A stretch of DNA of 60,338 bases, counting the filler. It is 7 parts of 7 records of this genome, joined end to end, with 100 filler letters (N's around TTAATTAATTAA, not from the genome) between each part and the next. Parts side by side here need not be neighbours in the genome. Positions count along the whole stretch, not along the records: positions 1 to 13,750 come from SRR31147125_46502; 6 more parts are not named here. One strand, given 5' to 3'. Of the stretch, positions 1-11,004 are shown piece after piece. Made by a program: the position numbers and the translations under genes. The notes under the pieces are model-generated. The model saw nothing but the letters and a program-made list of their open reading frames with translations. It ran no database searches and was not told the origin of the DNA. How positions within the stretch are numbered: position 1 is the first letter of the stretch; each line of letters begins with the position of its first letter.

Positions 1-1
1 G

Positions 2-1417
2 AATACAGATTTTGCCCAGGTTGAAGCAGATCAGGAACAAATTAATCTGACCCGATTTTCACTCTATTTTCCTGAAAAAAGAGATTTCTTTCTGGACGGT
101 GCCGAGGTATTTAATTTCGGCGGACAGAGTATTAGCGGGCGAAGAGGGCCTGGTAATGGGGTCAGGTTGTTTTATAGCAGAAGAATTGGCATTGAGGATG
201 GAAACCAGCAACCAATCGTTGGGGGAGTTAAACTCGTCGGAAAAGCGGGAAAATATCAGATTGGGATGATGAACATGATGACCGAAGAGATAACGGCTCT
301 TGTTGACGAGGACGAGGATGACGAAGTAGATGAGGAAGTTGAAAAACTCTTTCCAGCTAATAACTTTACAGTGGCCAGAGTACGTCGTGACCTTTTCAAG
401 CGTTCCAGTATCGGATTTATGTTATTAAATAAGGAACAAATTCACTCGAACCATTACAACCGCTCCACAGGAATGGATGCAAATTTCCCATTAACAGACC
501 GCTTTTCTGTGAGCGGCGCTTTTGCTGCTACTTTTGGCCCGGATGACATTGAAGATAATGTTGTGACGAAAATGAATTCGAAAAATGTTGCAGGCAATGT
601 CGAGTTGTCTTTTAACTCTGATCTGTGGGATCTCGAATTATCCCATCTGAACATTCAGGATAACTTTAATGCTGAAATGGGCTATATTCGGCGAACAGGC
701 ATTCGCAACACAGAAACTGAAATTGAATACTCACCAAGACCAAAACAGTGGCCCGCCATACGACAATTTCGATATCGCCTTCAGGGTGAGTATATGACAG
801 ATCATAATAACCAACTACTTGAAAGTGAATTTTCAGGTTCCTTTGGAATTCGCTTTCAAAATAGTGCGTTCCTCTACATGGGCTTGCAACGTGAGGCGGA
901 ATTTATTGATGAGGATTGGGAGGTAAGACCTGGTTTTATAATTCCAATGGAGACCTATCGTGGTTGGGATTCTTATATGTGGCTTATGACAGATGAAAGC
1001 AAAAACATTGCCGGAAGAATGAGATTAAATTATGGAAATTATTATACAGGAAGCAGATTATTGGTTAGCCCGGAATTGATGTTATTAAATATAGATCGGT
1101 TTCAGGCTGAAGTTGAATTAAACTTTAATCATGTTGCGCTTCCGGAGGGTAGCTTTGATGCCCGCACACTTTCATGCAGACTGCATTATTTTTTCTCGAC
1201 AAAATTGTATATTAAAGCTTATTTACAATGGAACGACGATCGTTTGGAAAACGACGGGGATCGAATTTCCCTGGCCAACCTGCTTTTACGCTGGACCTAC
1301 CGTCCGGGAAGTGATTTTTACATTGTTTACAATGACAGAAGGTTATTTGGTGCTTCAGCCGGAGAGATTGCCAATCGAACACTTATGTTTAAAGCGACCT
1401 TTTTCTGGCGAAAATAA
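2..1417 (+). CDS. DUF5916 / CBM9-like outer-membrane protein, 5'-truncated
   Basis: Frame is open from base 2: NTDFAQVEADQEQINLTRFSLYFPEKRDFFLDG, then FYSRRIG. Ends with beta-strand-like LLRWTYRPGSDFYIVYN...KATFFW. These motifs are typical of DUF5916 proteins. Confidence 0.85.
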   Translation, partial: NTDFAQVEADQEQINLTRFSLYFPEKRDFFLDGAEVFNFGGQSISGRRGPGNGVRLFYSRRIGIEDGNQQPIVGGVKLVGKAGKYQIGMMNMMTEEITALVDEDEDDEVDEEVEKLFPANNFTVARVRRDLFKRSSIGFMLLNKEQIHSNHYNRSTGMDANFPLTDRFSVSGAFAATFGPDDIEDNVVTKMNSKNVAGNVELSFNSDLWDLELSHLNIQDNFNAEMGYIRRTGIRNTETEIEYSPRPKQWPAIRQFRYRLQGEYMTDHNNQLLESEFSGSFGIRFQNSAFLYMGLQREAEFIDEDWEVRPGFIIPMETYRGWDSYMWLMTDESKNIAGRMRLNYGNYYTGSRLLVSPELMLLNIDRFQAEVELNFNHVALPEGSFDARTLSCRLHYFFSTKLYIKAYLQWNDDRLENDGDRISLANLLLRWTYRPGSDFYIVYNDRRLFGASAGEIANRTLMFKATFFWRK

Positions 1418-1762
1418 CTATAAACGGATATGCATAAAAAAGGATTCTTAAATAATAATAAGAATAAATTTAATAATTTTGACAGTTTTACTGTTATGGA
1501 TAATCAACACGTTAGCTTCCTATTGATGGAATGGAATGACACAGATTGACATAAAATCAGGTTCTTTTAGAAATACAAACGATATTGAGAAGTATAGTCG
1601 TTTTTTCCAGATTGATAATTGGAAAATATTTATCATTATACATTAAATCCACTTTATTATATAGTTAGAGAAAGGTAACTATATTTTTAAACATCTAAAC
1701 TCTCACGCATCCCCGTAGAGCAAAATAATTTTAAAATTTGTTCTAAAAAAAGGAGGCTTCCA

Positions 1763-3289
1763 ATGAGTGAACAATCGTCATCGCAAAGTCGTGTAACACG
1801 ACGGGATTTCATCAAGACCACGGCTGTTACCGGAGCCGGACTCCATCTGGCTGCGGGCCCTTTTAGAAGCTCGGTAATTGGACAGAACAAGAAAAAACGC
1901 TACGTTGAGGTAGGTGTAGGCTCCAGGTCCAGAATGTATCAGCGGGCTGTATATGAAACGTATAAGGACCACGCTGAAATGGTCGGACTGTGTGATGTCA
2001 ATGAAGGGCGGTTAAAAATGTCACAGGATTGGGCCAAAGAAGCAACAGGAAAAGAGGTTCCCACATTCCATGCCGATGATTTTGATACGATGATTGAAAA
2101 GACAAAACCGGATGTAGTCATTGTCACCACAGTTGATGGATTTCACCACAAGTATATTATTCGTGGTATGGAGCTTGGATGCGATGTTATCACGGAGAAA
2201 CCCATGACCATTGATGCTGAAAAATGCCAGCAGATCATTGATACTCAGAAAAAAACCGGTAAAAACTGCAAGGTCACATTCAATTACCGATATTCACCGC
2301 CCCGGTCACAGGTCAAAGATATACTTATGAGCGGTGAAATTGGTGAAATACTCTCTGTTGATTTTCACTGGTTGCTCAACACCTTCCATGGCGCCGATTA
2401 TTTCCGACGCTGGCACAGCCAGAAAAAGTTCTCCGGCGGTCTTATGGTACATAAAGCAACACACCATTTTGACCTGGTAAACTGGTGGCTTTCCGCGGTT
2501 CCGGTATCTGTTATGGCCAAGGGCAAACGGGAATTTTATACCCCGGATATGGCGAAAAGAATGGGACTGGACAGTCATCATGAACGCTGTCATACCTGTC
2601 CGGAAAAAGCGAAATGTGGATTTGAATTGAGTCTCGAAAAGAGTCGTGGTCTAAAAATGCTCTATCTGGATAATGAAAAATACGATGGCTATTTCCGTGA
2701 CCGATGTGTTTTTCGACCGGATATTGACATTGAAGATACGATGAGCGTTGTCGTTCAATATGATGATAATGTGGAAATGTCTTATTCATTAAATGCTTTT
2801 AACTCCTGGGAAGGTTATACGATTAACTTTAATGGCACCAAAGGACGGCTTGAACATCAGATCGTGGAACGAATTTACATAAGCGGCACCGATACTGTTC
2901 AAGGGGGTCTCCAGCGTGGAGGCGTATCCACCAGGACAATTCCATTGCGAGGACCGGCCAAAGAATATGAGCCCTGGACGGGTGAAGGTGGTCACGGCGG
3001 TGGCGACAGAGTCATGCTGGATGACATCTTTTTACCTGAAAAAAAACAGGATAAATATGTACGGGCAGCAGATCAACGTTCCGGTGCCTATTCCATTTTA
3101 ACCGGTGTGGCAGCCAATGTCTGTTTTGAGACCAACAAAGATGTCATCATTGAGGAATTGGTCCAGGGTATTGGTTATCCTGATTATGCGGACATGCCCT
3201 CACGTAAAGCCTCCTTACCGATGCCCAAAAAAGCAGAACCACGACGGCGACAAGGCCAACGACAACGACGTACGAACACTACAGGTTAA
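1763..3289 (+). CDS. Gfo/Idh/MocA family oxidoreductase with Tat signal
   Basis: TRRDFIK twin-arginine motif, VGVGSRS nucleotide-binding loop, EKP motif, GGLMVHKATHHFDL; AGGAGG RBS. Confidence 0.92.
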   Translation: MSEQSSSQSRVTRRDFIKTTAVTGAGLHLAAGPFRSSVIGQNKKKRYVEVGVGSRSRMYQRAVYETYKDHAEMVGLCDVNEGRLKMSQDWAKEATGKEVPTFHADDFDTMIEKTKPDVVIVTTVDGFHHKYIIRGMELGCDVITEKPMTIDAEKCQQIIDTQKKTGKNCKVTFNYRYSPPRSQVKDILMSGEIGEILSVDFHWLLNTFHGADYFRRWHSQKKFSGGLMVHKATHHFDLVNWWLSAVPVSVMAKGKREFYTPDMAKRMGLDSHHERCHTCPEKAKCGFELSLEKSRGLKMLYLDNEKYDGYFRDRCVFRPDIDIEDTMSVVVQYDDNVEMSYSLNAFNSWEGYTINFNGTKGRLEHQIVERIYISGTDTVQGGLQRGGVSTRTIPLRGPAKEYEPWTGEGGHGGGDRVMLDDIFLPEKKQDKYVRAADQRSGAYSILTGVAANVCFETNKDVIIEELVQGIGYPDYADMPSRKASLPMPKKAEPRRRQGQRQRRTNTTG

Positions 3290-3297
3290 TATCATTC

Positions 3298-3324
3298 AAA
3301 GTGTGGGGTTCTGCCCCACACTTT
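3298..3324 (+). terminator. Intrinsic terminator hairpin
   Basis: AAAGTGTGGGG-ttctg-CCCCACACTTT followed by a T-rich tract just after the stop codon. Confidence 0.75.
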
Positions 3325-3461
3325 ATTTTAAATGGTTTGTCCTTGAAAGAAATAATATCATTCTTTATTCTGTTATTTGATTCACTTACGTAATAATGAA
3401 TTGTGCCGAAGGAAAATATATTTTGGGGCCACGATGTTTAGCAACAGAATGGAGATTTATC

Positions 3462-4304
3462 ATGTTTTTCAGTAAAAATTATTTCTTCAAGGTGACAGGA
3501 TTCCTCCCTGTACTCGCAGCAATTTGTATAACAATGACAAGCAATGCAGCTTCCCAGGATCACGCTCTGAAACGACTCAATGACTCACCACGCCATCACG
3601 AGTGGGTACAGGTGAAGAATGGAGATCGGATCGTTCACTCCTTTTTGGTATTTCCTGAAGTAAAAACAAAAGTGCCTGCGGTGCTGGTCATACATGAGAA
3701 TCGAGGCCTGACAGACTGGGTCCGCAGTGTTGCAGATCAATTGGCAGAAGCAGGTTATATCGCTATTGCACCAGACCTCCTCTCCGGTGTGGGACCGGAT
3801 GGTGGTAAAACAAGTGATTTCCCGGACCGTAACGCGGCACGGGATGCTTTATATAAACTTGATCCCGGTCAAATAACACAAGATTTAAAGGTTGTCTCCG
3901 ATTATGTCTCCAAACTGCAAGCATGCAACGGTAAGCTCGCTGTGGCTGGTTTTTGCTGGGGTGGTAGTCAGACATTCCGTTTCGCCACAAACCACTCTGA
4001 TATATCCGCGGCCTTTGTTTTTTATGGTACGGCACCCAAAAATTCGGATGAATTAAAAAGAATCACCTGCCCTGTTTACGGTTTTTATGGTGAAAATGAC
4101 GCCCGTGTCACTACCACAGTTGAACTGACACAGAACCACATGCAAGCAGCACATAAGACCTATAAGCCGGTAACGTACAAAGCAGCAGGACATGGATTCA
4201 TGCGGTCCGGCGAACAAGGAGATTCGGATAATCCGAACAAACTGGCACGAAACAAAGCCTGGAAAAGATGGTTAAATATTCTCAAAAAAATTCCTCAGGA
4301 CTAA
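3462..4304 (+). CDS. Dienelactone hydrolase family protein, probably secreted
   Basis: VIHENRGL, GFCWGG nucleophile motif, YGENDARV, GHGFMR. The ATG at 3462 has a GGAG RBS and a signal-like N-terminus; the ORF track starts at 3396. Confidence 0.9.
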   Translation: MFFSKNYFFKVTGFLPVLAAICITMTSNAASQDHALKRLNDSPRHHEWVQVKNGDRIVHSFLVFPEVKTKVPAVLVIHENRGLTDWVRSVADQLAEAGYIAIAPDLLSGVGPDGGKTSDFPDRNAARDALYKLDPGQITQDLKVVSDYVSKLQACNGKLAVAGFCWGGSQTFRFATNHSDISAAFVFYGTAPKNSDELKRITCPVYGFYGENDARVTTTVELTQNHMQAAHKTYKPVTYKAAGHGFMRSGEQGDSDNPNKLARNKAWKRWLNILKKIPQD

Positions 4305-4637
4305 ATTATCCATATGCTCTTGTTTGGAGTATAATGACTGTGTCATTATACATGCGATCCATTCCATTAGGACTTGCTGCAAATAAATTCATTTCCAAAG
4401 CCGGATTGGTCTATCGAGAAAATTTGTATCAACTCTTCAGCTGCAGCTTATAACATATGTTTTTTCTACTCACCATCCATTTTCACCTTGACTATGTCCT
4501 CAAACATTACTAAAATATTAATGCATCTCTTTAATTTTTCACAGTACTACATTAAAATTGAACATCGACAATTGTATTTCATATTTCACGAATTCATATA
4601 AGAATTTATGTATACGACTTGCAGGGAGGAATTTTCC

Positions 4638-5534
4638 ATGTCTGACAATAAAATGACTAGACGGGCGTTTATCGGCTCAACAGCTTCTGTTGTGACGCTA
4701 TCAGTGACACATGCACAATCATCTCCCCTTTCGACTCAACATCAATCCAAAATACCAACCGTACCATTTGGTGAACACCGAATCAGTCGATTGCTCGTTG
4801 GCGGAAATCCTGTTAGTGGCAATTCACATGTGTCCTCAAAACTGAGTCGTGAAATGACAGAATATTTTACAGCAGCCAATGTTAAAAAAATGTTGGCACA
4901 ATGCGAAAATGCGGGGATTAATACCTGGCAATCCCGGGGAGACCGGCATATAAGACGCTTACTGCTGGAATACAGGGGTGATGGCGGGCAGATTCAATGG
5001 ATTGTGCAAACAGCATCCGAATTTGCCAGTTTTAGCGGCAATGTAAAAAGTATCATGTCACAAAAGCCAATAGCCATCTACCATCATGGCAGCAGAACAG
5101 ACAGATACTGGAAAAACGGCAACATTGACAAGATAAAAGACGATCTAAAAGTGATCCGGGATAGTGGAACCCGTGTTGGCATCGCATCTCATAATCCGCA
5201 GGTGCTCGAATATATGGAAGAGCATAACTGGGATATTGACTTTTATATGGCCTGCTTTTATAACGTTAATAAGAGGGTCAATGGCGAAGAAGCGTTTCTA
5301 GAAGAGGATCGTAAAGCCATGTGCCGGTTTATACAAAACACACCGAAACAGTGTATTGCTTTTAAAATATTGGCAGCCAGCCGAAATGCTAAAACACCGA
5401 AAGATGTTGAAAAAGCATTCAAGTTTGCTTTTGACCATATTAAACCACATGACGTCGTTGATGTCGGCATGTTCCCTAAATATTCGGACCAGGTGGCTGA
5501 TAACGCGAATATTGTTGCTAAAATACTGGCTTGA
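4638..5534 (+). CDS. Aldo/keto-reductase-like (TIM barrel) conserved protein with Tat signal
   Basis: TRRAFIG twin-arginine motif, PTVPFGEHRISRLLVGGNP, IAFKILAA, DVVDVGMFP; GGAGGA RBS before ATG 4638. Confidence 0.65.
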   Translation: MSDNKMTRRAFIGSTASVVTLSVTHAQSSPLSTQHQSKIPTVPFGEHRISRLLVGGNPVSGNSHVSSKLSREMTEYFTAANVKKMLAQCENAGINTWQSRGDRHIRRLLLEYRGDGGQIQWIVQTASEFASFSGNVKSIMSQKPIAIYHHGSRTDRYWKNGNIDKIKDDLKVIRDSGTRVGIASHNPQVLEYMEEHNWDIDFYMACFYNVNKRVNGEEAFLEEDRKAMCRFIQNTPKQCIAFKILAASRNAKTPKDVEKAFKFAFDHIKPHDVVDVGMFPKYSDQVADNANIVAKILA

Positions 5535-5824
5535 TAATTTTCTAGAGCCAACGTTTTGTCTTGTATTTCGATCATAACCGTCCACTTTTTTAAGCCTCGA
5601 TGAGCCATCGCAATTTTTAAAGACGTTGTATGGAATCCTTGTACGCGCACTATTCAAGATAAAGTCTTTTTACCCATTTCCGGATCAAACCAAAACAATA
5701 GTTCTGTTCCCATTTTTATCTTGATTAAAACCACAGACCTTACTATTTTATATATCTTCACTCCACAACTCTTTTAAATTCAAACAATTTAAAACACATA
5801 TAAATTTATCAGGAGAAACGTTTC

Positions 5825-6673
5825 ATGTCCGGGAATGATACGAGCTTTAGAGATACCAATAACTCAAGACTACATTTTGAAAAAATTCCAACTGTCCCTT
5901 TTGGTGATTATCAGATTAGCCGATTACTGGTTGGAGGTAATCCTGTAAGCGGCAACTCTCACTATTCTGAAGAAATGAGTCGTGATATGCTGCATTATTT
6001 CACCTCAACCAATATAAAAAAAATGTTATCCCGCTGTGAAGAGGTCGGTATAAATACATGGCAATCACGTGGCGATGCGCATATAAGACGCTTGTTAGTG
6101 GAATACCGGGATGAAGGCGGACACATTCAGTGGATCGCACAAACAGCTTCCGAATTTGCTGATTTTCGACAAAATGTTGAATCAATACAGGCCTTTGGAC
6201 CAATTGCCATTTATCATCATGGAACCAGGACAGATACTTTTTGGGAAAATGGTCAAATAGACAAGGTCAAAGATGATTTGAAAATTCTCAGAGATACGGG
6301 TTTACGTGTTGGAGTTGGCAGTCATGTACCTAAGGTGCTGGAATATATGGAAGAAAAGGATTGGGATGTGGATTTTTATATGACTAGTTTTTACAACATA
6401 AACCAGATCGCAGTTGGAGCCGAGACATATTTGGAAAAAGACCGGGAAGCCATGTGTCAATTCATTCAACAAACCCCTAAACAATGTATTGCCTTTAAGA
6501 TTTTAGCTGCCGGAAGAAACACAGAAACACCCCAGGATGTGGAAAATGCGCTTAAATTTGCGTTTGATCACATAAAACCGCAGGATGTGATAGATGTGGG
6601 GATGTTTCCCAAATATTCGGATCAGGTATTTGAAAACGCAAAAATCGTCGCAAACCTGGTAAAACAGAGTTGA
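5825..6673 (+). CDS. Aldo/keto-reductase-like conserved protein, paralog of 4638-5534 without signal peptide
   Basis: Near-colinear with the upstream gene (ISRLLVGGNPVSGNSH, INTWQSRGD, QCIAFKILAA, VGMFPKYSDQV) but has no RR motif or hydrophobic leader. Confidence 0.65.
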   Translation: MSGNDTSFRDTNNSRLHFEKIPTVPFGDYQISRLLVGGNPVSGNSHYSEEMSRDMLHYFTSTNIKKMLSRCEEVGINTWQSRGDAHIRRLLVEYRDEGGHIQWIAQTASEFADFRQNVESIQAFGPIAIYHHGTRTDTFWENGQIDKVKDDLKILRDTGLRVGVGSHVPKVLEYMEEKDWDVDFYMTSFYNINQIAVGAETYLEKDREAMCQFIQQTPKQCIAFKILAAGRNTETPQDVENALKFAFDHIKPQDVIDVGMFPKYSDQVFENAKIVANLVKQS

Positions 6674-6903
6674 TATCTATTTAATATTAAAGGCTGGCAG
6701 AAAAATTTGATTTCCCCCTGTTTTTTACCTGCCTTGAAAATTTCTAATTTGTCCATGTCATAGAATCGATTTTACTTTACCTACACGTGAAAACAAAATA
6801 CCGCAAAATTGTGTGCGAGTATAAATTACAGGATGGACAAATTGAGTGGTACAGAGGCATCTCAGGATAATAAGGAGTAGGTAGTTGAAAAAATTTAACA
6901 TTA

Positions 6904-7961
6904 TGAAAACAATTGGACTCTTGATTCTATCAGTTGGATTACTTTCAGGTTCAAAATTGACCCATGCCAAGGTTATAACATTGAAAAAATCAGATAAAAC
7001 AGTAGACCCAAAAACCATGCAACAAATTTACGAGGAGATAAAAACACCCTATAAATATGGCGTTGTTCTTAAAGGTGAAAATGGTCATAAATTGGATTCT
7101 CCCAGCGTATTTCGATACCAGGACACATGGTATATGATTTACATTATCTTTGATGGCGATGGTTATGAAACAGCACTGGCGCAAAGCGAGGATTTGCTCA
7201 ACTGGACTCCATTGGGCAAAACTTTACGTTTTAAAAAGGACACATGGGACGCGAATCAGGTGGCCGGCTATATTGCTTTACAGGATTATACCTGGGGAGG
7301 CACCTATGAGTTACAGACCTATGATGGTAAATACTGGTTGTCCTATCTTGGAGGGGCACTGAAAGGATATGAAACCGATCCATTATCCATTGGCATGGCG
7401 TGGACAAAGACACCTGCAAAGCCCGACGCATGGCATCGCTTACCGGAAAATCCTGTTCTTCACAGAGATCAACCGGATGTACGCAATTTCGAAAAAACAA
7501 CCCTGTACAAAAGTAATATTATTTACGATAAGAATAAAACACTGGGATTTCCATTTGTCATGTTTTATAACGGGAAAAACAATAAAACAGAACGTATTGG
7601 CACAGCAGTTTCAAAAGATATGGTTCACTGGCAGCGGTATGGTTCAGAACCAGTGATCGATAATAAAACAGGTATCTCTGGCGATCCACAGATTGTTCGT
7701 ATTGGAGAAGTCTGGGTCATGTTTTACTTTGGTGCATTTTGGCAACCCAAAGCTTTTGATACTTTTGCCTGTTCCTATGACCTGGTAAACTGGACAAAAT
7801 GGGATGGCCCGCATTTAATTCAACCATCCGAATCCTGGGATGAAACATACGCGCACAAACCATGGGTGATTAACTACAAAGGGATTGTCTATCATTTCTA
7901 TTGCGCTGTTGGTGATCAGGGTCGGGTCATTGCCCTTGCCACATCTGAGAAATTACGGTAG
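6904..7961 (+). CDS. Five-bladed beta-propeller glycosidase (GH32/43/130-like clan)
   Basis: Signal peptide, repeated blade motifs SEDLLNW / SKDMVHW / SYDLVNW, DSPSVF, GDPQIV, HKPWVI. Confidence 0.8.
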
Positions 7962-8074
7962 GGCATTATCTTCGAGAGGGAAATTGGTACTCTTGTTTTA
8001 TATAGTTTTGTTTTCCCGGCATTAACATAAGAAGCCGCCGGGAACGCAGAGAGATCAAAGAGCTAATAAACAAA

Positions 8075-8125
8075 GAGCTGAACAACCCCCTGTAGCAAAG
8101 GGTGATACAGGGGATTGTTAAGCTC
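8075..8125. terminator. Long hairpin between convergent genes
   Basis: GAGCTGAACAACCCCCTGTA ... TACAGGGGATTGTTAAGCTC imperfect inverted repeat. Confidence 0.55.
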
Positions 8126-8260
8126 CAAACCCATAACTCCTAACAAGTTCTAAACCTTGATTTCCCTTCCAAACGGATCACGTATTAATAAAGTTAAATG
8201 CATTACAAGAAATTCGTTATGTCTCCTTTTTTTAAAATTGCTGTACTAACCGCTTTAAAC

Positions 8261-8971
8261 TTATTCCTGATTTTCTATGATGTACTTTTCCACATCGCTC
8301 ATATTAAAACCATATTTTCGTCGCAGTCTGCCGAGTTTTTCAGAATTGGAAATACTATTAGGAATCGCTAAATCTCTTTTTAGTTTTTCCAAATCCACAT
8401 GATAATGACTCTTTACCTCTGCCAGAGTCCAAAAGCCATAAATCTTGATATCATTATGATGATCAGATTTATGTTGTATAACTGTTTTCTTTTGCTGATC
8501 TGCAACAACAATATGTTCCTCAGCCACATTTTTACTCGGAGAATGGATAACTTTCCTGTGCCCTTCGCCACTTTGTATGATCTTTACATCAATAGGGACA
8601 GCGAAAGCAAAAAGAAGAAAAACAATACTGGCTATAACAAAAAAACCGGATAAAATCAAGCGCAAAATTCGTTGTGATATCAACTGCCTGAACATTAATC
8701 TGATTTGCCGCCAGTGCAATATAATATGTAACGCTAAAAGAGCGAGTAGAATATAGCCGAGAATCAGGTGAATAGATCCCCACTCATGCCTTTCCATTCC
8801 CCCAAAATATAGCTCTACATTTTTTTGATAAATAGCCCATCGTTCCTGGCCAGAGACAAGAACATATTTAATCAATAAACCCAGTCCCCCAATAGCCATC
8901 ATAATGAGAAAAAGAAAAACATCAATAATAAAATTCATTTTATTTTTCACAGCAATGTTTCTCCTATGCAT
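8261..8971 (-). CDS. DUF4405 domain membrane protein (possible b-type cytochrome) with small C-terminal domain
   Basis: NFIIDVFLF, RHEWGSIHLILG, LHIILHW histidine pattern in TM helices. Confidence 0.8.
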   Translation of the reverse strand: MHRRNIAVKNKMNFIIDVFLFLIMMAIGGLGLLIKYVLVSGQERWAIYQKNVELYFGGMERHEWGSIHLILGYILLALLALHIILHWRQIRLMFRQLISQRILRLILSGFFVIASIVFLLFAFAVPIDVKIIQSGEGHRKVIHSPSKNVAEEHIVVADQQKKTVIQHKSDHHNDIKIYGFWTLAEVKSHYHVDLEKLKRDLAIPNSISNSEKLGRLRRKYGFNMSDVEKYIIENQE

Positions 8972-9008
8972 AAAGGTAAGCCAGATATATTCCAGATATG
9001 AATTACAA

Positions 9009-9377
9009 TCACGCCTTTATTTCAAACAGATTACCGGATTTGTCTTTGATGAATACCAGGTTCGAGTTCTCTTTTGGAATCACAATACACTCGTAATCCT
9101 TGTCTTTTGCCTTTTGAATAAGGACATCTCTGTTTTCAACTGAAAGACAAACATGATTATATTTTTTTCCCGGTTTATGACTTGACACAAAAAGTTCCAA
9201 GCCTAATCCATCTTTGGATACAAAAAAAACATGAATATTTTCGTTTATATCAAAAATCTTTTTCGCCAACTCTGCTGGTATTGGAAAATCATAATCCAAT
9301 TGAAATCCCAAAATATCCTGATAAAAATCTTTAATCTCAGCAGCCATGTTGATGCCTATACCAATATGATGTAGCAC
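9009..9377 (-). CDS. VOC / glyoxalase family protein
   Basis: HHIGI...FYQDILGF, LELF, HVCLSV, FIKDKSGNLFEI. Confidence 0.85.
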   Translation of the reverse strand: MLHHIGIGINMAAEIKDFYQDILGFQLDYDFPIPAELAKKIFDINENIHVFFVSKDGLGLELFVSSHKPGKKYNHVCLSVENRDVLIQKAKDKDYECIVIPKENSNLVFIKDKSGNLFEIKA

Positions 9378-9412
9378 AAACCTCTCCTATTATTAATATT
9401 TTCCGTTCAAAT

Positions 9413-10051
9413 CTACAATTCAATAATTTTACCTGCTCCGCCTTCCGTATATTGATGCGGATATAACGCTTTTAATTTATCAATGTGCTGTGTGCAATGT
9501 GTGGGGCATATAACATCCAACCCTTTAAACAGGTCAAATTCCGTAAATCCGTGCATCCCGCCAATGACAGCATAAACATCTCCAAATTGCGACGCAGATG
9601 CCAAAATATCTTTCATTTTTGGGTGTGAACATCCGACAACTAAAACCAAACCTCGTTCCGTTCGGATCGCCAGTGCCTGTTCAATACCATCAAGTTCACC
9701 GGTAGTAAAAACATTCTCCTCTAATTCCTTTGCCTCTTGTATATGTTGAACCTTTCTGGCATTTCGAACACCCCGAAATGAATGTGGAATATAAAGAGTA
9801 ACCTGATTATTAATATTTAGAAATTCGGACAAACCACCAATATGATCAAAATGATTGTGGGAGATGAAAATTGTGTCTACATCCAATGGATTAATATCCA
9901 GCCGATTCATATTTTGTAGTAAAATGGCGCCATTGGCCCCGACATCAAAAAGAATCTTTTTATTATTCGTTTCAACATAACAGGCAAAGCCCCAATCAGA
10001 GATCAGATCCTCGCGCACAACTGTATTATCGTATACTATAGTAACCTTCAC
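9413..10051 (-). CDS. MBL-fold metallo-hydrolase
   Basis: ISHNHFDHIGGL metal-binding motif, ILFDVG, VGCSHP, GGMH, PTHCT. Confidence 0.9.
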   Translation of the reverse strand: MKVTIVYDNTVVREDLISDWGFACYVETNNKKILFDVGANGAILLQNMNRLDINPLDVDTIFISHNHFDHIGGLSEFLNINNQVTLYIPHSFRGVRNARKVQHIQEAKELEENVFTTGELDGIEQALAIRTERGLVLVVGCSHPKMKDILASASQFGDVYAVIGGMHGFTEFDLFKGLDVICPTHCTQHIDKLKALYPHQYTEGGAGKIIEL

Positions 10052-10059
10052 CTTTTCTC

Positions 10060-10290
10060 CTATTTTCTAGTAATACTGCCGGAACGAATAAAACTATTTT
10101 GCTTCATATTTATTTTATTTCCCTCCCATGTTCCAATTAAATTACCGCATGGACAGTATACCTGCTCTCCTTTTCTCACACTATAATCTTTACTAATTTT
10201 ATCTTGCCAACATGTCAATATTCGACCTTTACCAATCTTTTGGTATTTCAACAGCTTTTGCTGACATTTGCTACACTTTATGGTAATCAT
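10060..10290 (-). CDS. Small putative zinc-ribbon protein
   Basis: CSKC ... C ... CPCG cysteines; 8 bp upstream of the MBL gene start. Confidence 0.7.
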   Translation of the reverse strand: MITIKCSKCQQKLLKYQKIGKGRILTCWQDKISKDYSVRKGEQVYCPCGNLIGTWEGNKINMKQNSFIRSGSITRK

Positions 10291-10563
10291 GGGCGAATAC
10301 CAGTTAACTTTTTATTCAATAACCTCTAAGAATTAAGAAAGGATTACTTGAACGAATATGTATGTGATGAATCAAACAGGGAAATACACTCATAAAAACG
10401 GGTGGATAAAATAACTATATTTCTATTCATGTCCAAGTGATAAATCAATCCGTGCGGCAGGAGGATGACGTGTATGTCATAGAACATCTTTGAAATTTAC
10501 TCAAATTATAGTTACACGACCATACATCTTTTAAAAGAAAACAACAATTATTAAAACCTAAAG

Positions 10564-10604
10564 GACAGGACAAGCCTGCATAAAAAATATCGGCTTGTCC
10601 TGTC
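10564..10604 (-). terminator. Hairpin downstream of the DUF5320 genes
   Basis: GACAGGACAAGCC ... GGCTTGTCCTGTC perfect 13-bp stem. Confidence 0.6.
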
Positions 10605-10633
10605 ACATTGAATAGGAGGATTAAATAATACTG

Positions 10634-10966
10634 TTATTTCTCTTTTTTGGTTTCAAGATCTTTAATACGGGCTTTAATGTCCTCAAGTGCATTTGTAAAA
10701 TATTCCGCCTGATTTTGCAGTGCTTCCAGCTCCTGCTGTTGCGTTGGCGCACCAAATGGCACCGTATAAGGTGCTCTGAAACCAACATTCATTTGAGGTG
10801 CTGCCCAGCGTCTACCCCTTCCACCGCGAAATCCAAAACCCATGCCAAAACCTCTCCCCTGCATTGGATTAGCGTATCCCGGGGTATCATAACCAGCGCA
10901 ATACCCTGCAGCTCGTCCTGTCATCGGGCCCATCCCGGCAGGACCTGTTCCATCGCCTCTTGGCAT
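10634..10966 (-). CDS. DUF5320 family protein
   Basis: MPRGDGTGPAGMGPMTGRAAGYCAG, Gly/Arg-rich middle, C-terminal coiled coil. Confidence 0.9.
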   Translation of the reverse strand: MPRGDGTGPAGMGPMTGRAAGYCAGYDTPGYANPMQGRGFGMGFGFRGGRGRRWAAPQMNVGFRAPYTVPFGAPTQQQELEALQNQAEYFTNALEDIKARIKDLETKKEK

Positions 10967-11004
10967 AATAAAACCTCCTTTATTTTATAATACATGATTC
11001 ATTT

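Noticed and set aside
10291-10560. Selenoprotein or small ORF between the Zn-ribbon and DUF5320 genes
   Set aside because: The minus-strand frames read have several stops with no convincing RBS or recognisable motif.
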